Shown: positions 19,354-30,482, counted from the first letter of the whole stretch. The stretch is DNA of 63,918 nucleotides, filler included, from Limisphaerales bacterium (GCA_044225505.1; 4 parts of 4 records of this genome joined end to end with filler, not necessarily neighbours in it), one strand, 5' to 3'. Program-made: numbers and translations. Notes: generated from the sequence alone by a model not told the origin.

Positions 19354-20583
19354 ATGAAAAAGTGGATCATCCTAATCCTGGCCGTGGCGGGAGCAGCGTG
19401 GGGCTTCCAGAAATGGCGGACTCGCGCACCCGATGCGGACGCAGCACGTCTGGCCAGTCGTCCAACCACTGCGGTGGTTGAAACCCGGGACATCCGCTTT
19501 GCGGTGAACGCCGCAGGAGATATCGGCCCAGCCGAACAGGTCTCCGTCCGCCCGGAAGTAAACGGGAAGATCGAAAAGCTCCCCGTGGACATCGGAGATA
19601 TTGTCAAACAGGGCGACCTGCTTTTCTCTTTGGAGGACTACGATTTACAGACTGAACGACAATCTCAGGAACGCGAAATTGAACGAGCCAAATTGCAGTT
19701 GGACCAAGCCAAACGCAATTATCAACGTGCCCAGCAACTCTTCGTGGACAAGCTGATTTCGCAAGAACTCTTCGAAGACACCAAGACTCAGTTTGATCTC
19801 GCCAAGAATGCGTTGGATCGCTCGGAAAAGGCTTTGGATATCGTAAAAGACAAGCTCCGCAAAACGCGGATCGTAGCGCCCTTCGACTGCACCGTGCTGA
19901 CCCGCCCCGTTTCCGCAGGGCAGGCCGTGGCGGGTTCCGGAGGATTTAGCAGTGGCACGGAAGTGCTGACGATCGCCAATTTGAAGGAGATGATCATTAA
20001 TGCCCACATCAATCAGGCAGACGTCTCGCGTCTCAAAGTAGGACAAGAGGTCACCGCGCAGGTCGAAGCCGTGCCAGGGCTAAAGGTGGTTGGGACCGTC
20101 GAGCGCATCGCCCCCCAAGCTACTTTTAAGAACAATATCAAAGGTTTTGCGGTTCGGATCTTGTTGAAGGACGCCGATCGGCGCATCCGGCCGGGCATGA
20201 CAGCGAATATTGAGATTCCTGTCTCAGCCGCCGACAATGTCGTGGCTGTGCCGCTCGCGGCCGTCTTCACCGAGCAGAATCCTGAGACGCAGAGCACCGA
20301 GAGGTTCGCTTACGTCAAGAAAGCCGATGGTCTAGAACGGCGCCCCGTGCAGATTGGTATATCCGATTTCTTTTTTGCAGAAATTCAGAAAGGCCTGACT
20401 CCCGGAGAAGTGGTCATGATCGAACTTCCGAAAGACGATAAACTAAACATCAGCAAGAGCCCCCCTTCGCTCCGCACGGCAGGCACAGCGTCGGACAGCG
20501 CGACAAAGCCAGGCAGCAGCAGCACCGCGACCCCAGCAAAAGCCACGACCACGACCGCGTCGCGCGCGCGGGGCGGATCCTAG
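19354..20583 (+). CDS. MacA-like periplasmic adaptor (membrane fusion protein)
   Basis: N-terminal TM, lipoyl half-motifs (VNGKIEKLPVDIGDIVKQGD; IVAPFD), coiled hairpin, IRPGMTAN. Confidence 0.9.
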   Translation: MKKWIILILAVAGAAWGFQKWRTRAPDADAARLASRPTTAVVETRDIRFAVNAAGDIGPAEQVSVRPEVNGKIEKLPVDIGDIVKQGDLLFSLEDYDLQTERQSQEREIERAKLQLDQAKRNYQRAQQLFVDKLISQELFEDTKTQFDLAKNALDRSEKALDIVKDKLRKTRIVAPFDCTVLTRPVSAGQAVAGSGGFSSGTEVLTIANLKEMIINAHINQADVSRLKVGQEVTAQVEAVPGLKVVGTVERIAPQATFKNNIKGFAVRILLKDADRRIRPGMTANIEIPVSAADNVVAVPLAAVFTEQNPETQSTERFAYVKKADGLERRPVQIGISDFFFAEIQKGLTPGEVVMIELPKDDKLNISKSPPSLRTAGTASDSATKPGSSSTATPAKATTTTASRARGGS

Positions 20584-20604
20584 TTCCCCAGCCCGGTCCA
20601 GCTT

Positions 20605-21330
20605 ATGTCGCTCGTTGAACTTCGCAACGTCAGCAAGGTTTATCATTTGGGAGGGGAAGAGATCCGCGCCCTGGATAATATCTCGCTTGATATTGAAACC
20701 GGTGAATTTATTTCGATTATTGGGCCTTCGGGGAGCGGCAAATCCACCTTGATGCATATTCTGGGCTGCTTGGACTCACCCAGCCGCGGCACGATCCAGC
20801 TGGACGGCACAATGATTCAGGGCGCTTCCGCCCGGGAATTGGCCGGCATTCGGAACCGCAAGATTGGATTCGTTTTCCAGTTCTTCAATCTTCTGCCGAA
20901 ACTGAACGTCCTCCAGAATGTGGAATTGCCCATGATCTACTCGGGCGCTTCGGGAGCCGAGCGACGACAGCGGGCCATGGACGCTCTGAAACTCGTGGAA
21001 CTGGAAAACCGCAGCAAGCATCGGCCGTCCCAGCTCTCTGGAGGACAACAGCAGCGCGTGGCAATCGCTCGCGCGCTGGTCAATAACCCAAAGATCATTT
21101 TCGCCGATGAACCGACGGGCAATCTCGATTCCCACACCGGGGAAGTGATCCTGGAGCTTTTCCGAACCCTCAGCGGCGAAGGCCGAACGATTATCTTGGT
21201 GACCCATGATCCGGAAATCGCCGCCGTGACTCCCAGGCGGATCGAAATTCGAGACGGCAAAATCGCCGAGAAAGTAGACCCGAAGTTGGCTGGTTTGGAT
21301 CGATTGCCAACGGCCGCGACACCGGATTAG
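20605..21330 (+). CDS. ABC transporter ATP-binding protein (MacB/LolD type)
   Basis: GPSGSGKST, FVFQFFNLL, LSGGQQQR, ADEPTGNLD, VTHD. Confidence 0.95.
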   Translation: MSLVELRNVSKVYHLGGEEIRALDNISLDIETGEFISIIGPSGSGKSTLMHILGCLDSPSRGTIQLDGTMIQGASARELAGIRNRKIGFVFQFFNLLPKLNVLQNVELPMIYSGASGAERRQRAMDALKLVELENRSKHRPSQLSGGQQQRVAIARALVNNPKIIFADEPTGNLDSHTGEVILELFRTLSGEGRTIILVTHDPEIAAVTPRRIEIRDGKIAEKVDPKLAGLDRLPTAATPD

Positions 21331-21343
21331 CCAGGGGTCCACC

Positions 21344-22738
21344 ATGAATCTCTGGATTGCGATTGCTGTCGGCTTCAAAGAGATTTGGGCTTACCGCTTT
21401 CGCTCCCTCCTCACCATGCTCGGCATTGTGTTGGGAGTATCAAGCCTGGTGGCGATGTCCGCGCTGGTGAAAGGGATGGAAAAAGGCGCCAAGGAATCGC
21501 TCATCGCGATCGGCGGGTTGCAGAAAATACGCATCGAAACTCAGGACTTGCCCATCGAACAGAGGCATCTCAAAGACCAGGCCGTGGGCATGACCATCAA
21601 CGACGTTTACGCGCTCGAAAATAGCGCGCCGCTCGTCGAGGCGGTTTCTCCGGAGATGCGGCTCTTTGGTGCGTTGATTTCTGCCCATGGCAAGAAATTC
21701 CGTCCATGGAACCTCGTGGGTGTCTGGCCGATCGCCGCTAAGCTAAGCGAGCATGTGCTCGAGCATGGCCGAATGTTCAATGCAATCGACGACGAAATGG
21801 CTCGCAGCGTCTGTGTGATCGGCACGGATGTCCGAGATGAGTTGTTTGGCAACCCCGAGGAGGTTGGACACGAGATCATTCCCGTCGGCGAAATCGTCTT
21901 CATCAACAATCAGCCATTCACCATTATTGGAATGTTTCAGCATTATGAGAGCGATCAAGACCGCAAGAAGCGCGAGTTGATGAAGGCCACCCCAAAGCCG
22001 GCGACGAAGACTGGCCCAACGCGAAGTCGCGGTTGGAGCGGTGGCGGCAATTGGGCGTTCCGACTCAAGAATTCTACGGTTTATATTCCACTCAACACCA
22101 TGTGGCTGCGCTTCCGGGCTTCAGGCGGACCGAGTTCTTGGAGAAATTACGGAGGTTCAGCCCCGCAAACGGTGATTCCTGATCCGCGCCTTTCCAATCT
22201 GGAAGTGAAGATCCAAGACATCGAGCAGATGAACTCGGCACTTCAGCAAATCCACAACGTGCTCATGTCGACCCATAAGGGAATTGAAGACTTTGCCTTT
22301 CGGACATCGGAGGAAACCATTGATCGAATTAATACGTTTATTCGCAACGCGCGAGTCAGCCGGGGAGTGATCGCGGGTATCAGCCTCCTGGTCGGTGGCA
22401 TTGGCATCATGAACATCATGCTGGCCAGCATCTCCGGACGGATCCGGGAAATAGGCATTCGCAAGGCTGTAGGCGCTTCCACGAGTGACATCTTCACCCA
22501 GATCATTATCGAGAGCGTGGTGATCGCGATGCTGGGCGGTTTGCTCGGGCTGATCAGTTCCTACGGTTTGGTGCATGCCTTACGCTCGTTTTCACCCACG
22601 GATAACGTTCCCATCATTACTTTGCCCGCCATGCTGTTTGCGTTTGCTGCCAGCGTGGGCATCGGCATATTGGCAGGCCTCTTCCCGGCATTTAAGGCGG
22701 CAAAGCTTAATCCCATTCAAGCGTTGCGTTACGAATGA
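21344..22738 (+). CDS. MacB/FtsX-type ABC permease
   Basis: RSLLTMLGIVLGV, VGGIGIMNIMLA, REIGIRKAVGA, PAFKAAKLNPIQALRYE. Confidence 0.93.
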   Translation: MNLWIAIAVGFKEIWAYRFRSLLTMLGIVLGVSSLVAMSALVKGMEKGAKESLIAIGGLQKIRIETQDLPIEQRHLKDQAVGMTINDVYALENSAPLVEAVSPEMRLFGALISAHGKKFRPWNLVGVWPIAAKLSEHVLEHGRMFNAIDDEMARSVCVIGTDVRDELFGNPEEVGHEIIPVGEIVFINNQPFTIIGMFQHYESDQDRKKRELMKATPKPATKTGPTRSRGWSGGGNWAFRLKNSTVYIPLNTMWLRFRASGGPSSWRNYGGSAPQTVIPDPRLSNLEVKIQDIEQMNSALQQIHNVLMSTHKGIEDFAFRTSEETIDRINTFIRNARVSRGVIAGISLLVGGIGIMNIMLASISGRIREIGIRKAVGASTSDIFTQIIIESVVIAMLGGLLGLISSYGLVHALRSFSPTDNVPIITLPAMLFAFAASVGIGILAGLFPAFKAAKLNPIQALRYE

Positions 22739-24099
22739 ACCTGTTCAACGCCATTATTGTCGGCTTGAAGGAGATTTGGGCGCACAAGTTCCGCTCGATC
22801 CTCACTATGCTCGGGATCATCCTGGGCGTCGCCAGCCTCGTCGGAATGGCAGCCATGGTGAAGGGCATGGAGAACGGACTCAAGGAGAGCATGGTTGCCA
22901 TGGGGGGCGCCGACAAAGTGCTCCTGGAACAACAACCCGTTCCCGCTTATCAAGAGCACTTGGCGGACGAAGCGCCCGGCCGGACCATGGTCGACGTCAA
23001 AGCCCTCCGCAAGAGCGCACCGCTCATCCGACTGGCATCCCCCGAAATGGCACTGGATGAGGACAGCGTCACGTTGACACGCGCCGACAAACGCACCCGC
23101 CCTTCCGAATGTGTTGGAGTCTGGCCTGCAGTCCTCGACATGAACCTACACACCCTGGAATACGGCCGGTTTTTTACTGAGATCGACGAGGAAAATGCCC
23201 GCCCGGTGTGCGTCATCGGAACAGGGATTCGTGACGACCTTTTTGGTGCTCCCGAGAAAACGGGCAACGAGATCGTCCCGATTGGCGAGGTGATCAATAT
23301 CAACGGGCAACCGTTCACGATTGTCGGGATGTTCACTCGTTACGAAAGCGAACAAGCACGCAAAGAGAGGGAACTCGCCAAGAAGGACCCCGAACAACAC
23401 GCGGCCTCAGACAAGGTGCGGAAGCGCGGCTGGGGCAGACCGGGAGGCTGGGCTTTCTGGCGTAAGAACTATACCGTCTACATGCCTCTCAACACGATGT
23501 GGATTCGCTTTCGTTCCTCAACAGGAACGAGCAATATCCCAGATCCGCGCCTCACGGACATTGACTTGAAAGTCGCGGATATCGAACTTTTGGAGCCGGC
23601 CTTACAGCAGGCACGCAATGTTCTCATGTTGACCCATAAGGGCATCGAAGATTTCAGCTTTCGCACGCAGGAAAACCAGATTGAAAGCATCAACACTCAG
23701 ATCCGCAATGCTCGACTGAGCGGCGGCATTATCGCCGCCATCAGTCTGATCGTCGGCGGAATTGGGATCATGAACATCATGCTCGCCAGTATTAATGAAC
23801 GGATCCGCGAAATCGGCATCTGCAAGGCCATTGGCGCGACCGGGGTTGCCATCTTTGTCCAGATCCTCGTCGAAAGTGTGGTTATTTCTTGCGTCGGCGC
23901 TGTGACCGGACTGGCGGCTTCCTACGGTTTGGTGAACCTGCTCACCATTATGTCGCCGACCCAGAACTCGCCTCAGATTGTGCCCGAGTCCATGTTCCTC
24001 GCCGTTATTTTCAGCGCAGCGGTCGGAATTGTCGCCGGGTTGTTTCCAGCCCTCAAAGCGGCCAAGCTCGATCCCATTCAAGCGTTGCGCTATGAATAG
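22735..24099 (+). CDS. MacB/FtsX-type ABC permease (paralog)
   Basis: Same motifs as the upstream permease, with ATGA translational coupling. Confidence 0.93.
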   Translation: MNLFNAIIVGLKEIWAHKFRSILTMLGIILGVASLVGMAAMVKGMENGLKESMVAMGGADKVLLEQQPVPAYQEHLADEAPGRTMVDVKALRKSAPLIRLASPEMALDEDSVTLTRADKRTRPSECVGVWPAVLDMNLHTLEYGRFFTEIDEENARPVCVIGTGIRDDLFGAPEKTGNEIVPIGEVININGQPFTIVGMFTRYESEQARKERELAKKDPEQHAASDKVRKRGWGRPGGWAFWRKNYTVYMPLNTMWIRFRSSTGTSNIPDPRLTDIDLKVADIELLEPALQQARNVLMLTHKGIEDFSFRTQENQIESINTQIRNARLSGGIIAAISLIVGGIGIMNIMLASINERIREIGICKAIGATGVAIFVQILVESVVISCVGAVTGLAASYGLVNLLTIMSPTQNSPQIVPESMFLAVIFSAAVGIVAGLFPALKAAKLDPIQALRYE

Positions 24100-24308
24100 A
24101 GCGGTTGAGGGTTAGTCTAAGGCTGATTCCCCATCTGCGGTCCGAGAGTCGCCAGCCGTTGGTGCCAATTGTCTCCATCCATTGCAGTCTCTTCACCAAT
24201 GGTTTAGAGAATTCGAAAACCTTTTTGGGCAGCTAACGATCCGCTAATTTTCAATTCGCGTCATCCGATCCAAGCTTTGCTTTCGGGCTGGAATTGTTAA
24301 ACTGCGAC

Positions 24309-27140
24309 ATGGCTTCCCGATTATTTGTCCAGTTTGGTCACCCCCCCCGGTTCATCCGGCAGCCAACCGTGCTAGTCGTTTTATCCCTTTGCGCCCTCCC
24401 ACTTGCGCAAGTTTGCGGGGCGGATAAGGCCGAACTTGCCCTTCATCCACTTCCGAACGCGCGGTTCCATTTCGACGGTAAAGTCGGCAACCGGATCCAG
24501 AACAACGTCGATCACTGGCTGCTCCCTGCACCCACGGCCAATCCGGGGATGCTTGAGATGTTCCGTGTGCGCGATCGTCAACCCAAACCCGAGCTCGTCC
24601 CCTGGGCCGGGGAATTTGTTGGGAAATATTTGATCTCGGCGATTCAAGCCCTACGGATGACCGAACGGCCTGAACTCCGAACCCTGGTCACAAAGACCGT
24701 CAACGAGTTGATCTCGGTGCAGGCGGAGGATGGCTATCTCGGCCCATTTCCCATCCAGGACCGGCTGCGAGGAAACTGGGACCTTTGGGGGCACTATCAT
24801 TGCATGCTGGCATTGCTCATGTGGCACGAGGCGACCGGCGACAATCACGCGCTCCAAGCTTCCCGTCGCGCGGCGGATCTCGTCTGTAACACCTATTTGG
24901 GGTCAGAGCGTCGGGTGTGGGACGCGGGCTCACATGAAATGAATATGGCGATTGTCCATAGTCTGGGGCGTCTCTACCGGATAACCCAAGAACCCCGTTA
25001 CCTGCAAATGATGCGCGAGATTGCCAAAGACTGGGAACGGGCCGGCGACTACTTTAGAACCGGCGTCAACCAGGTGGAATTCTTTCAAACGCCTCGCCCT
25101 CGCTGGGAGAGTCTCCACGATCTGCAGGGACTCGTGGAATTTTATAGAATCACAGGCGAAGTCCCCTATCGTCAGGCGTTCACGCAGCACTGGACGAGTA
25201 TTCTCCGCTGGGACCGCCGTAACACCGGTGGCTTTTCTTCCGGCGAGCAAGCCACGGGCAATCCGTACGCGAATTCGGCCATCGAAACCTGCTGCACCAT
25301 CGCTTGGATGGCGCTGACCGCGGATATGTTGCAGCTCACCGGGGACTCTCGCCCCGCGGACGAACTAGAGCTCAGCTTCTACAATGCGGCGTTGGGCGCG
25401 CAGCATCCGTCCGGACGCTGGTGCACCTACAACACCCCCATGAACGGAAGCAGGGAAGCATCTGCACACACCATCGTGTTTCAATCTCGCGCAGGCACGC
25501 CGGAATTAAACTGTTGCTCCGTCAATGGGCCCCGAGGCTTGGGAATCCTCTCGGAATGGGCCGTCTTGGCAGGCGACAACGCTCTGGCGGTTAACTATTA
25601 CGGCCCGGGAATGTTCCAAGGCAAACTCGCGGACAACACGCCGGTCGCTTTGACCTGGGCGACAGACTACCCGTTATCCGGCCAAGTGCTGCTCCGTGTG
25701 GAACCCTTGGCCGCGCGACGATTTCAATTGTTGCTCCGGATCCCGAGCTGGTCGACCAATACCACAGTCGATTTGAATGGCAAAAGCGTTGGCGAAGTTA
25801 CCGCGGGCCATTATTTAGCCCTCACGCGACGCTGGGAACCAGGAGATAAGATTGTCCTCAATTTCGAAATGCGACTCCGGGCAATCCCCGGTGATCGGGA
25901 AGCGCTTGGAACTGTATCTGTCTATCGAGGTCCGCTCCTTCTTGCGTATGATCAGGCGCTCAACAGCTTCGATGACAATCGAATCCCCCCGCTGGACCTG
26001 GCCAGACTAGGCTCAGCTAACGAGGTTGCCTTGAGCGTCAAGAATTCGCGCGATAGCTTGGAGCCTTGGCTGGTTCTGGATCTTCCCTCCTCGGGACCTG
26101 GCTTTGTTCGAGTGTGTGACTTCGCCAGCGCGGGCGCAACGGGCACGCGCTACCGGTCGTGGCTGCCAGCCACACCCGTGCTGCCGCCCGTCGTCGTGAC
26201 TCGCGCCCCGATCGAGAATGCCCACATTTCGGCCCAAGCAGCCCGATTCCAATGGTCTGGCCCGAAACGCCCAACCGCTCAGGTCAGTAGCTACGAGCTC
26301 CTAATCTCGTCCCGATCGGACTTTTCGGTCCTTGCACTCTCCATCACAAACCTAATGTCCAGTCGCGTCGATCTGGATGACCAAGCCTTGGGACGTCTCG
26401 CTGTTCACCAGCCTTATTGGTGGAAGGTCATCGCTCGAAACCAAAACGCCGCCACGGAGAGTGTGGGTCCAGCCTCTCGCTTTGTGGTCGATCCATCGGT
26501 CCCGAAGCCGCTGCTCTCAAAGCTCTTGACCACAACGGAAACCCCTTGGATTCAGGATCCACTCCGCGGAAAACCGACTCCAACGGGTGGGGATCTCGTG
26601 AGTTCTTCGTCCTTTACAAGCAGATCTGGGCCAGGATCTCAGGGCAGCGTCGTCGAGACCGACGGTAAGTCGGGCAATGTGACTTACCGGCTCGAGGAGT
26701 TTCCCGAAGAAGATTACTCCGTGGCGGTGTGGGTCCAGATCAACGCCTTGCCTGTCGGCAGGATTGGCCAGGTATGCAGCGCCTGGACAGGTTCCGTCGA
26801 CGACCCACTCAGGATCACCATAGATAACGGTAAAGTCTACGCCCGCATTGAAGCCGGCCAGAACTACAGTACGGGTGGCACCCCGATTGCACCTGGCCAA
26901 TGGCATCATCTAACCGCCGTCAAGTCAGGCACCGATCTGACTCTCTTCGTCGACGGGGAAAAGCGTGGCCATACGACCGTTCCGTTACTCGTCACGAGTC
27001 AAGCACGGGACATTGCTTTAGGCGCCAATCCTCATTACACCGGAAGTGAATATCTGGCAGGGCAGTTTTCGCAATTCGCATTCTATGGACGAGCGTTGTC
27101 GGCAGCCGAAATCGGAGCGCTGGCAAAAAGCGCGCCTTAG
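24309..27140 (+). CDS. GH127-like beta-L-arabinofuranosidase (DUF1680) with FN3-like and LamG domains
   Basis: QAEDGYLG, ETCC, NCCSVNG, TDYPLSG, LRIPSWS, RGPLLLA; C-terminal LamG (WHHLTAV..LFVDG). Confidence 0.85.
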   Translation: MASRLFVQFGHPPRFIRQPTVLVVLSLCALPLAQVCGADKAELALHPLPNARFHFDGKVGNRIQNNVDHWLLPAPTANPGMLEMFRVRDRQPKPELVPWAGEFVGKYLISAIQALRMTERPELRTLVTKTVNELISVQAEDGYLGPFPIQDRLRGNWDLWGHYHCMLALLMWHEATGDNHALQASRRAADLVCNTYLGSERRVWDAGSHEMNMAIVHSLGRLYRITQEPRYLQMMREIAKDWERAGDYFRTGVNQVEFFQTPRPRWESLHDLQGLVEFYRITGEVPYRQAFTQHWTSILRWDRRNTGGFSSGEQATGNPYANSAIETCCTIAWMALTADMLQLTGDSRPADELELSFYNAALGAQHPSGRWCTYNTPMNGSREASAHTIVFQSRAGTPELNCCSVNGPRGLGILSEWAVLAGDNALAVNYYGPGMFQGKLADNTPVALTWATDYPLSGQVLLRVEPLAARRFQLLLRIPSWSTNTTVDLNGKSVGEVTAGHYLALTRRWEPGDKIVLNFEMRLRAIPGDREALGTVSVYRGPLLLAYDQALNSFDDNRIPPLDLARLGSANEVALSVKNSRDSLEPWLVLDLPSSGPGFVRVCDFASAGATGTRYRSWLPATPVLPPVVVTRAPIENAHISAQAARFQWSGPKRPTAQVSSYELLISSRSDFSVLALSITNLMSSRVDLDDQALGRLAVHQPYWWKVIARNQNAATESVGPASRFVVDPSVPKPLLSKLLTTTETPWIQDPLRGKPTPTGGDLVSSSSFTSRSGPGSQGSVVETDGKSGNVTYRLEEFPEEDYSVAVWVQINALPVGRIGQVCSAWTGSVDDPLRITIDNGKVYARIEAGQNYSTGGTPIAPGQWHHLTAVKSGTDLTLFVDGEKRGHTTVPLLVTSQARDIALGANPHYTGSEYLAGQFSQFAFYGRALSAAEIGALAKSAP

Positions 27141-27326
27141 AATGTGGCCGGGCGGACAGGGTTGCGCGCCCCGTTAGGACTGCAGCCAAGCTATTCCTAA
27201 GCCGAAGTTGGTGAATCGCGGAGAGACGTTGGCCCGTGCCCCTCCGAAAGCTTGCGAGGGAGATTCAACTGTCCTTCTTGGTACGGATCACTTAATCTTC
27301 GGGCTCACACAGAGATGGAGAGACTT

Positions 27327-28214
27327 ATGATGAAGTACACTCGCCGCCAGATCTTGTTCCAGTCCGCAAAAGTCATCGCAGGGATTGCCGCTGGCTCGCG
27401 CCTGGCCCCATTGTGGGCTGCCCCGGACAATCGTCGCTTCAAGATCGGAGCTTGCGATTGGTCTATCGGCAAGCAAGCGGAGGTGTCCGGCCTGACGCTG
27501 GCCAAGCAAATCGGCCTCGACGGATTGCAAGTCAGCCTCGGGACTCTGAAGGACGACATGAAACTGAGGCGCCGTGACGTCCAAAAGGCCTATCTCGATG
27601 CTGCAACGTCCTCAGGCACGGCGATTGCCTCGCTGGCCATTGGCGAGATGAACAACATTCCTTACAAGAACGATGACCGCGCCGAACAATGGGTTAGCGA
27701 CAGCGTCGACGTATGTCAGGCGTTAGGCTGCAACGTGGTCCTGCTGGCGTTCTTCGGTAACGGCGATGTGAAAGGCGACCGGGCTGCGATCGATGAAGTC
27801 GTTCGTCGCTTGCGCAAGGTGGCGCCGAAAGCGGAGAAAGCGGGCGTCCGGTTGGGTTTTGAGAGTTGGTTAAGCGCGGAAGAGCATATGGACATTCTGC
27901 AGCGTGTGGGATCGCCCGCATTGCAGGTCTATTACGACGTCGCCAACTCGCACAAGATGGGATACGACATCTATAAGGAGATTCGGACACTCGGACGCAA
28001 GCGCATCTGCGAATTTCACATGAAAGAAAACGCGTCGCTTCTGGGCCAAGGTCCAATTGACTTTCAAAAAGTGCGACAGGCGATGGACGATATCGGCTAT
28101 GAAGGTTGGGTGCAAATCGAGGGAGCCGTCCCGCAGGGACAACCGATGTTTGAAAGTTACCAAAAGAACTGCGCCTTCCTAAAACAACTCTTCGCGTCCA
28201 ACGAAGCTCGCTAA
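27327..28214 (+). CDS. Sugar phosphate isomerase/epimerase family TIM barrel with Tat signal
   Basis: TRRQILF twin-arginine leader; GFES, YYDVAN, FHMKE and QIE metal-ligand pattern. Confidence 0.85.
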   Translation: MMKYTRRQILFQSAKVIAGIAAGSRLAPLWAAPDNRRFKIGACDWSIGKQAEVSGLTLAKQIGLDGLQVSLGTLKDDMKLRRRDVQKAYLDAATSSGTAIASLAIGEMNNIPYKNDDRAEQWVSDSVDVCQALGCNVVLLAFFGNGDVKGDRAAIDEVVRRLRKVAPKAEKAGVRLGFESWLSAEEHMDILQRVGSPALQVYYDVANSHKMGYDIYKEIRTLGRKRICEFHMKENASLLGQGPIDFQKVRQAMDDIGYEGWVQIEGAVPQGQPMFESYQKNCAFLKQLFASNEAR

Positions 28215-28416
28215 GGCGGCGGCGCAACAGAGATTGAGCGAACGCTCATCCTGCAGGAACCGTCTTCCCCAGAGGGCGAGAGGTTGAGTCCTCGCCTCCA
28301 CGGGCCGGCGCGGCCCCGGTCGCAAGGGCAAACTCCCACGCCAGCCGCTTCGGGAGGGACAAAGGGTCTCCGTTCTGGACTCGTCGCATCGCTGCAACTG
28401 GGAGAGAAAGAGGATC

Positions 28417-30165
28417 CTATTGCAGAACTTCATTACGTCGCTGGAGTTCCGTGATATGTTCTGCTCGCGCCGTTTCGAATCCGAATCGCATTCCCTCTTG
28501 CACAATCCGAGAGCGCTGCTGCGTCGATTGTAGGTGCGGAATGAAGACGTAGTCGGCACCGAGGCGATAAAGTTCCAACGCATGCCGGCATCGTTCCGCC
28601 GTCGCGACGATCTTCGCCTCGGGACGCAGCCGTCGCACTTGTTGGAGCAAGCGCTGGTTCGAGGTGCCGCGCAGGATCGAATCCGGGATCGTCAACAACA
28701 CCAAATCGGCACCGTGGATATGGGCATGATGAAGGGTCTCCATGTGAGCGAGATCGCCGTAAATACAGGCTACCCCCCGCCTTTTCAGTTCCGCATGCAC
28801 CTGGGGGTTGAAGTCGATGACCAAAACCTGCTGAACGATCGGATCACGCGAATCGGGCGCATCCGGCCTCTCCCACTCGTGCAAGAGTGCGCTCGCCATA
28901 TCAAAGAATCCAAGCAGCACTACATTCTTGTCGGCAAGTCCGGCGCCCGCTTCGTCTCCCGCTGATCTCGAGTCGATGTCGGGAACCCCCAGCCGCTTCA
29001 GACGCGCGGTAAACCAGCGCGCGATCGGATCGCTACTGCTGATCATGTAGGTCGATGTGATCGAGGTGATCACGAAGACGAAGATCAGGACGCTCACAAC
29101 TGTGTTATCGATCTGGCGCTGGGCAACCCCAAGCGAGGCGATTACCAATGAAAACTCGCTCAACTGCGCCAAGTTGATCGCGGCCAGTGAACTCGTGCGA
29201 TGTCCAAGTCCAAAAGTTTCCAACAACGGAAGGACCGTCAGGAATCGGCTCAGAATCAGGAATGCCGAAGCGGCCGAGGCCAAGCCTAAAACCTGAAGCG
29301 TCGGCGCGGGGATTTGCATCCCCAAAGCCACAAAGAAGAGGGTCACAAAGAAATCACGGATACTCACGACCTTGGCCATGACGTCCAGGTTGTAAGGAAA
29401 GGCCGACAGACTGACGCCGGCAATGAGCGCGCCCATCTCACGAGAGAGCCCGCAATAGCTTGAGCCACCGCAGACGGCGAAACACCAAGCCAGGGACGCT
29501 ACCAACATCAACTCAGGCTGTTTGGCGACCGAGCGAAAGACCGGTGGCAACAGCCATCGGCTCATCGCCAGCGTTATCCCAACCAGGAGCGCACTCTTTC
29601 CCACACTCGCCAGGAGCGGGCTTAACTGCGGGTTGAGCAAGTTAGGCTGAATGGCCAGGACGACAATGGCCCAGATATCCTGAAAAACGAGAACTCCCAA
29701 CGTGATGCGCCCTGGCAACGTGTCCAGCTCGCGTTTTTCATAAAGCAGCTTCACCACAACCATCGTGCTGCTCATGCCCAGGCAAGCCGCCATGTAAAGA
29801 AGCCCATAATCTCCACGGCCCATGCGGAAGCCCAACCCGTAACAGAACGCCAACCCCAATCCCGCACACAGGAGGAACTGGAACACCCCGGTCACAATCA
29901 CGGGCTTGCCTGCGGCGACGAGCTTTTTCAGGTCCAGCTCCATGCCGATCAGGAAAAGCAGCAGGATCAGCCCGATCTCTGCAACGTTATGGATGCTTTG
30001 CTTCTCGTGGATTAGGCCAAGGCCCAGTTCCGGACCGATCGCCACCCCCGCGACCAGGTATGCGAGGATCAGCGGCTGCCGAATCTTGCTAAAAACAACA
30101 GCCAGAACGGCCGCCGCCGTAACACATATTCCGATGTTGGATAGCAGATCGACAGACTCGTGCAC
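28417..30165 (-). CDS. CPA2 cation:proton antiporter (Kef-like) with TrkA-N domain
   Basis: EIGLILLLFLIGMEL, SSTMVVVKLL, GVLVFQDI, RDFFVTLFFVALG, QLSEFSL; C-terminal VIDFNP..IYGD. Confidence 0.9.
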   Translation of the reverse strand: MHESVDLLSNIGICVTAAAVLAVVFSKIRQPLILAYLVAGVAIGPELGLGLIHEKQSIHNVAEIGLILLLFLIGMELDLKKLVAAGKPVIVTGVFQFLLCAGLGLAFCYGLGFRMGRGDYGLLYMAACLGMSSTMVVVKLLYEKRELDTLPGRITLGVLVFQDIWAIVVLAIQPNLLNPQLSPLLASVGKSALLVGITLAMSRWLLPPVFRSVAKQPELMLVASLAWCFAVCGGSSYCGLSREMGALIAGVSLSAFPYNLDVMAKVVSIRDFFVTLFFVALGMQIPAPTLQVLGLASAASAFLILSRFLTVLPLLETFGLGHRTSSLAAINLAQLSEFSLVIASLGVAQRQIDNTVVSVLIFVFVITSITSTYMISSSDPIARWFTARLKRLGVPDIDSRSAGDEAGAGLADKNVVLLGFFDMASALLHEWERPDAPDSRDPIVQQVLVIDFNPQVHAELKRRGVACIYGDLAHMETLHHAHIHGADLVLLTIPDSILRGTSNQRLLQQVRRLRPEAKIVATAERCRHALELYRLGADYVFIPHLQSTQQRSRIVQEGMRFGFETARAEHITELQRRNEVLQ

Positions 30166-30408
30166 AATTGGTTCGTAACGTATTTCCTAGAGCGTCGGTC
30201 CAACAAACGATGTCGCCACAGCGCAGTTACGGCCATTCTCTGCTGAGGCGCGGATTCGCAGGCAAGCCCAACGTGCCCTTTTCAGGAGAATAACAATAAG
30301 CGGATGTTCCCGCAACGTTCTACGACAACAGCTCTTTAGATTGAGCTTGTCCTTAACCGTGCATGGCTGTTCGGACGAGCTCAGGAGACTTTCGCCCCCC
30401 ACTTTCCT

Positions 30409-30423
30409 TGGCAAAACGATTGC
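30409..30423 (+). promoter_or_regulatory. Putative sigma-54 promoter
   Basis: TGGCAAAACGATTGC (GG-N10-GC) 60 bp upstream of ATG 30483. Confidence 0.5.
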
Positions 30424-30482
30424 TTGATACTTCGCGTCAACACAAGCCTCCGCCGAAGAGTTCGCTCGACCTTGGAGCATCT

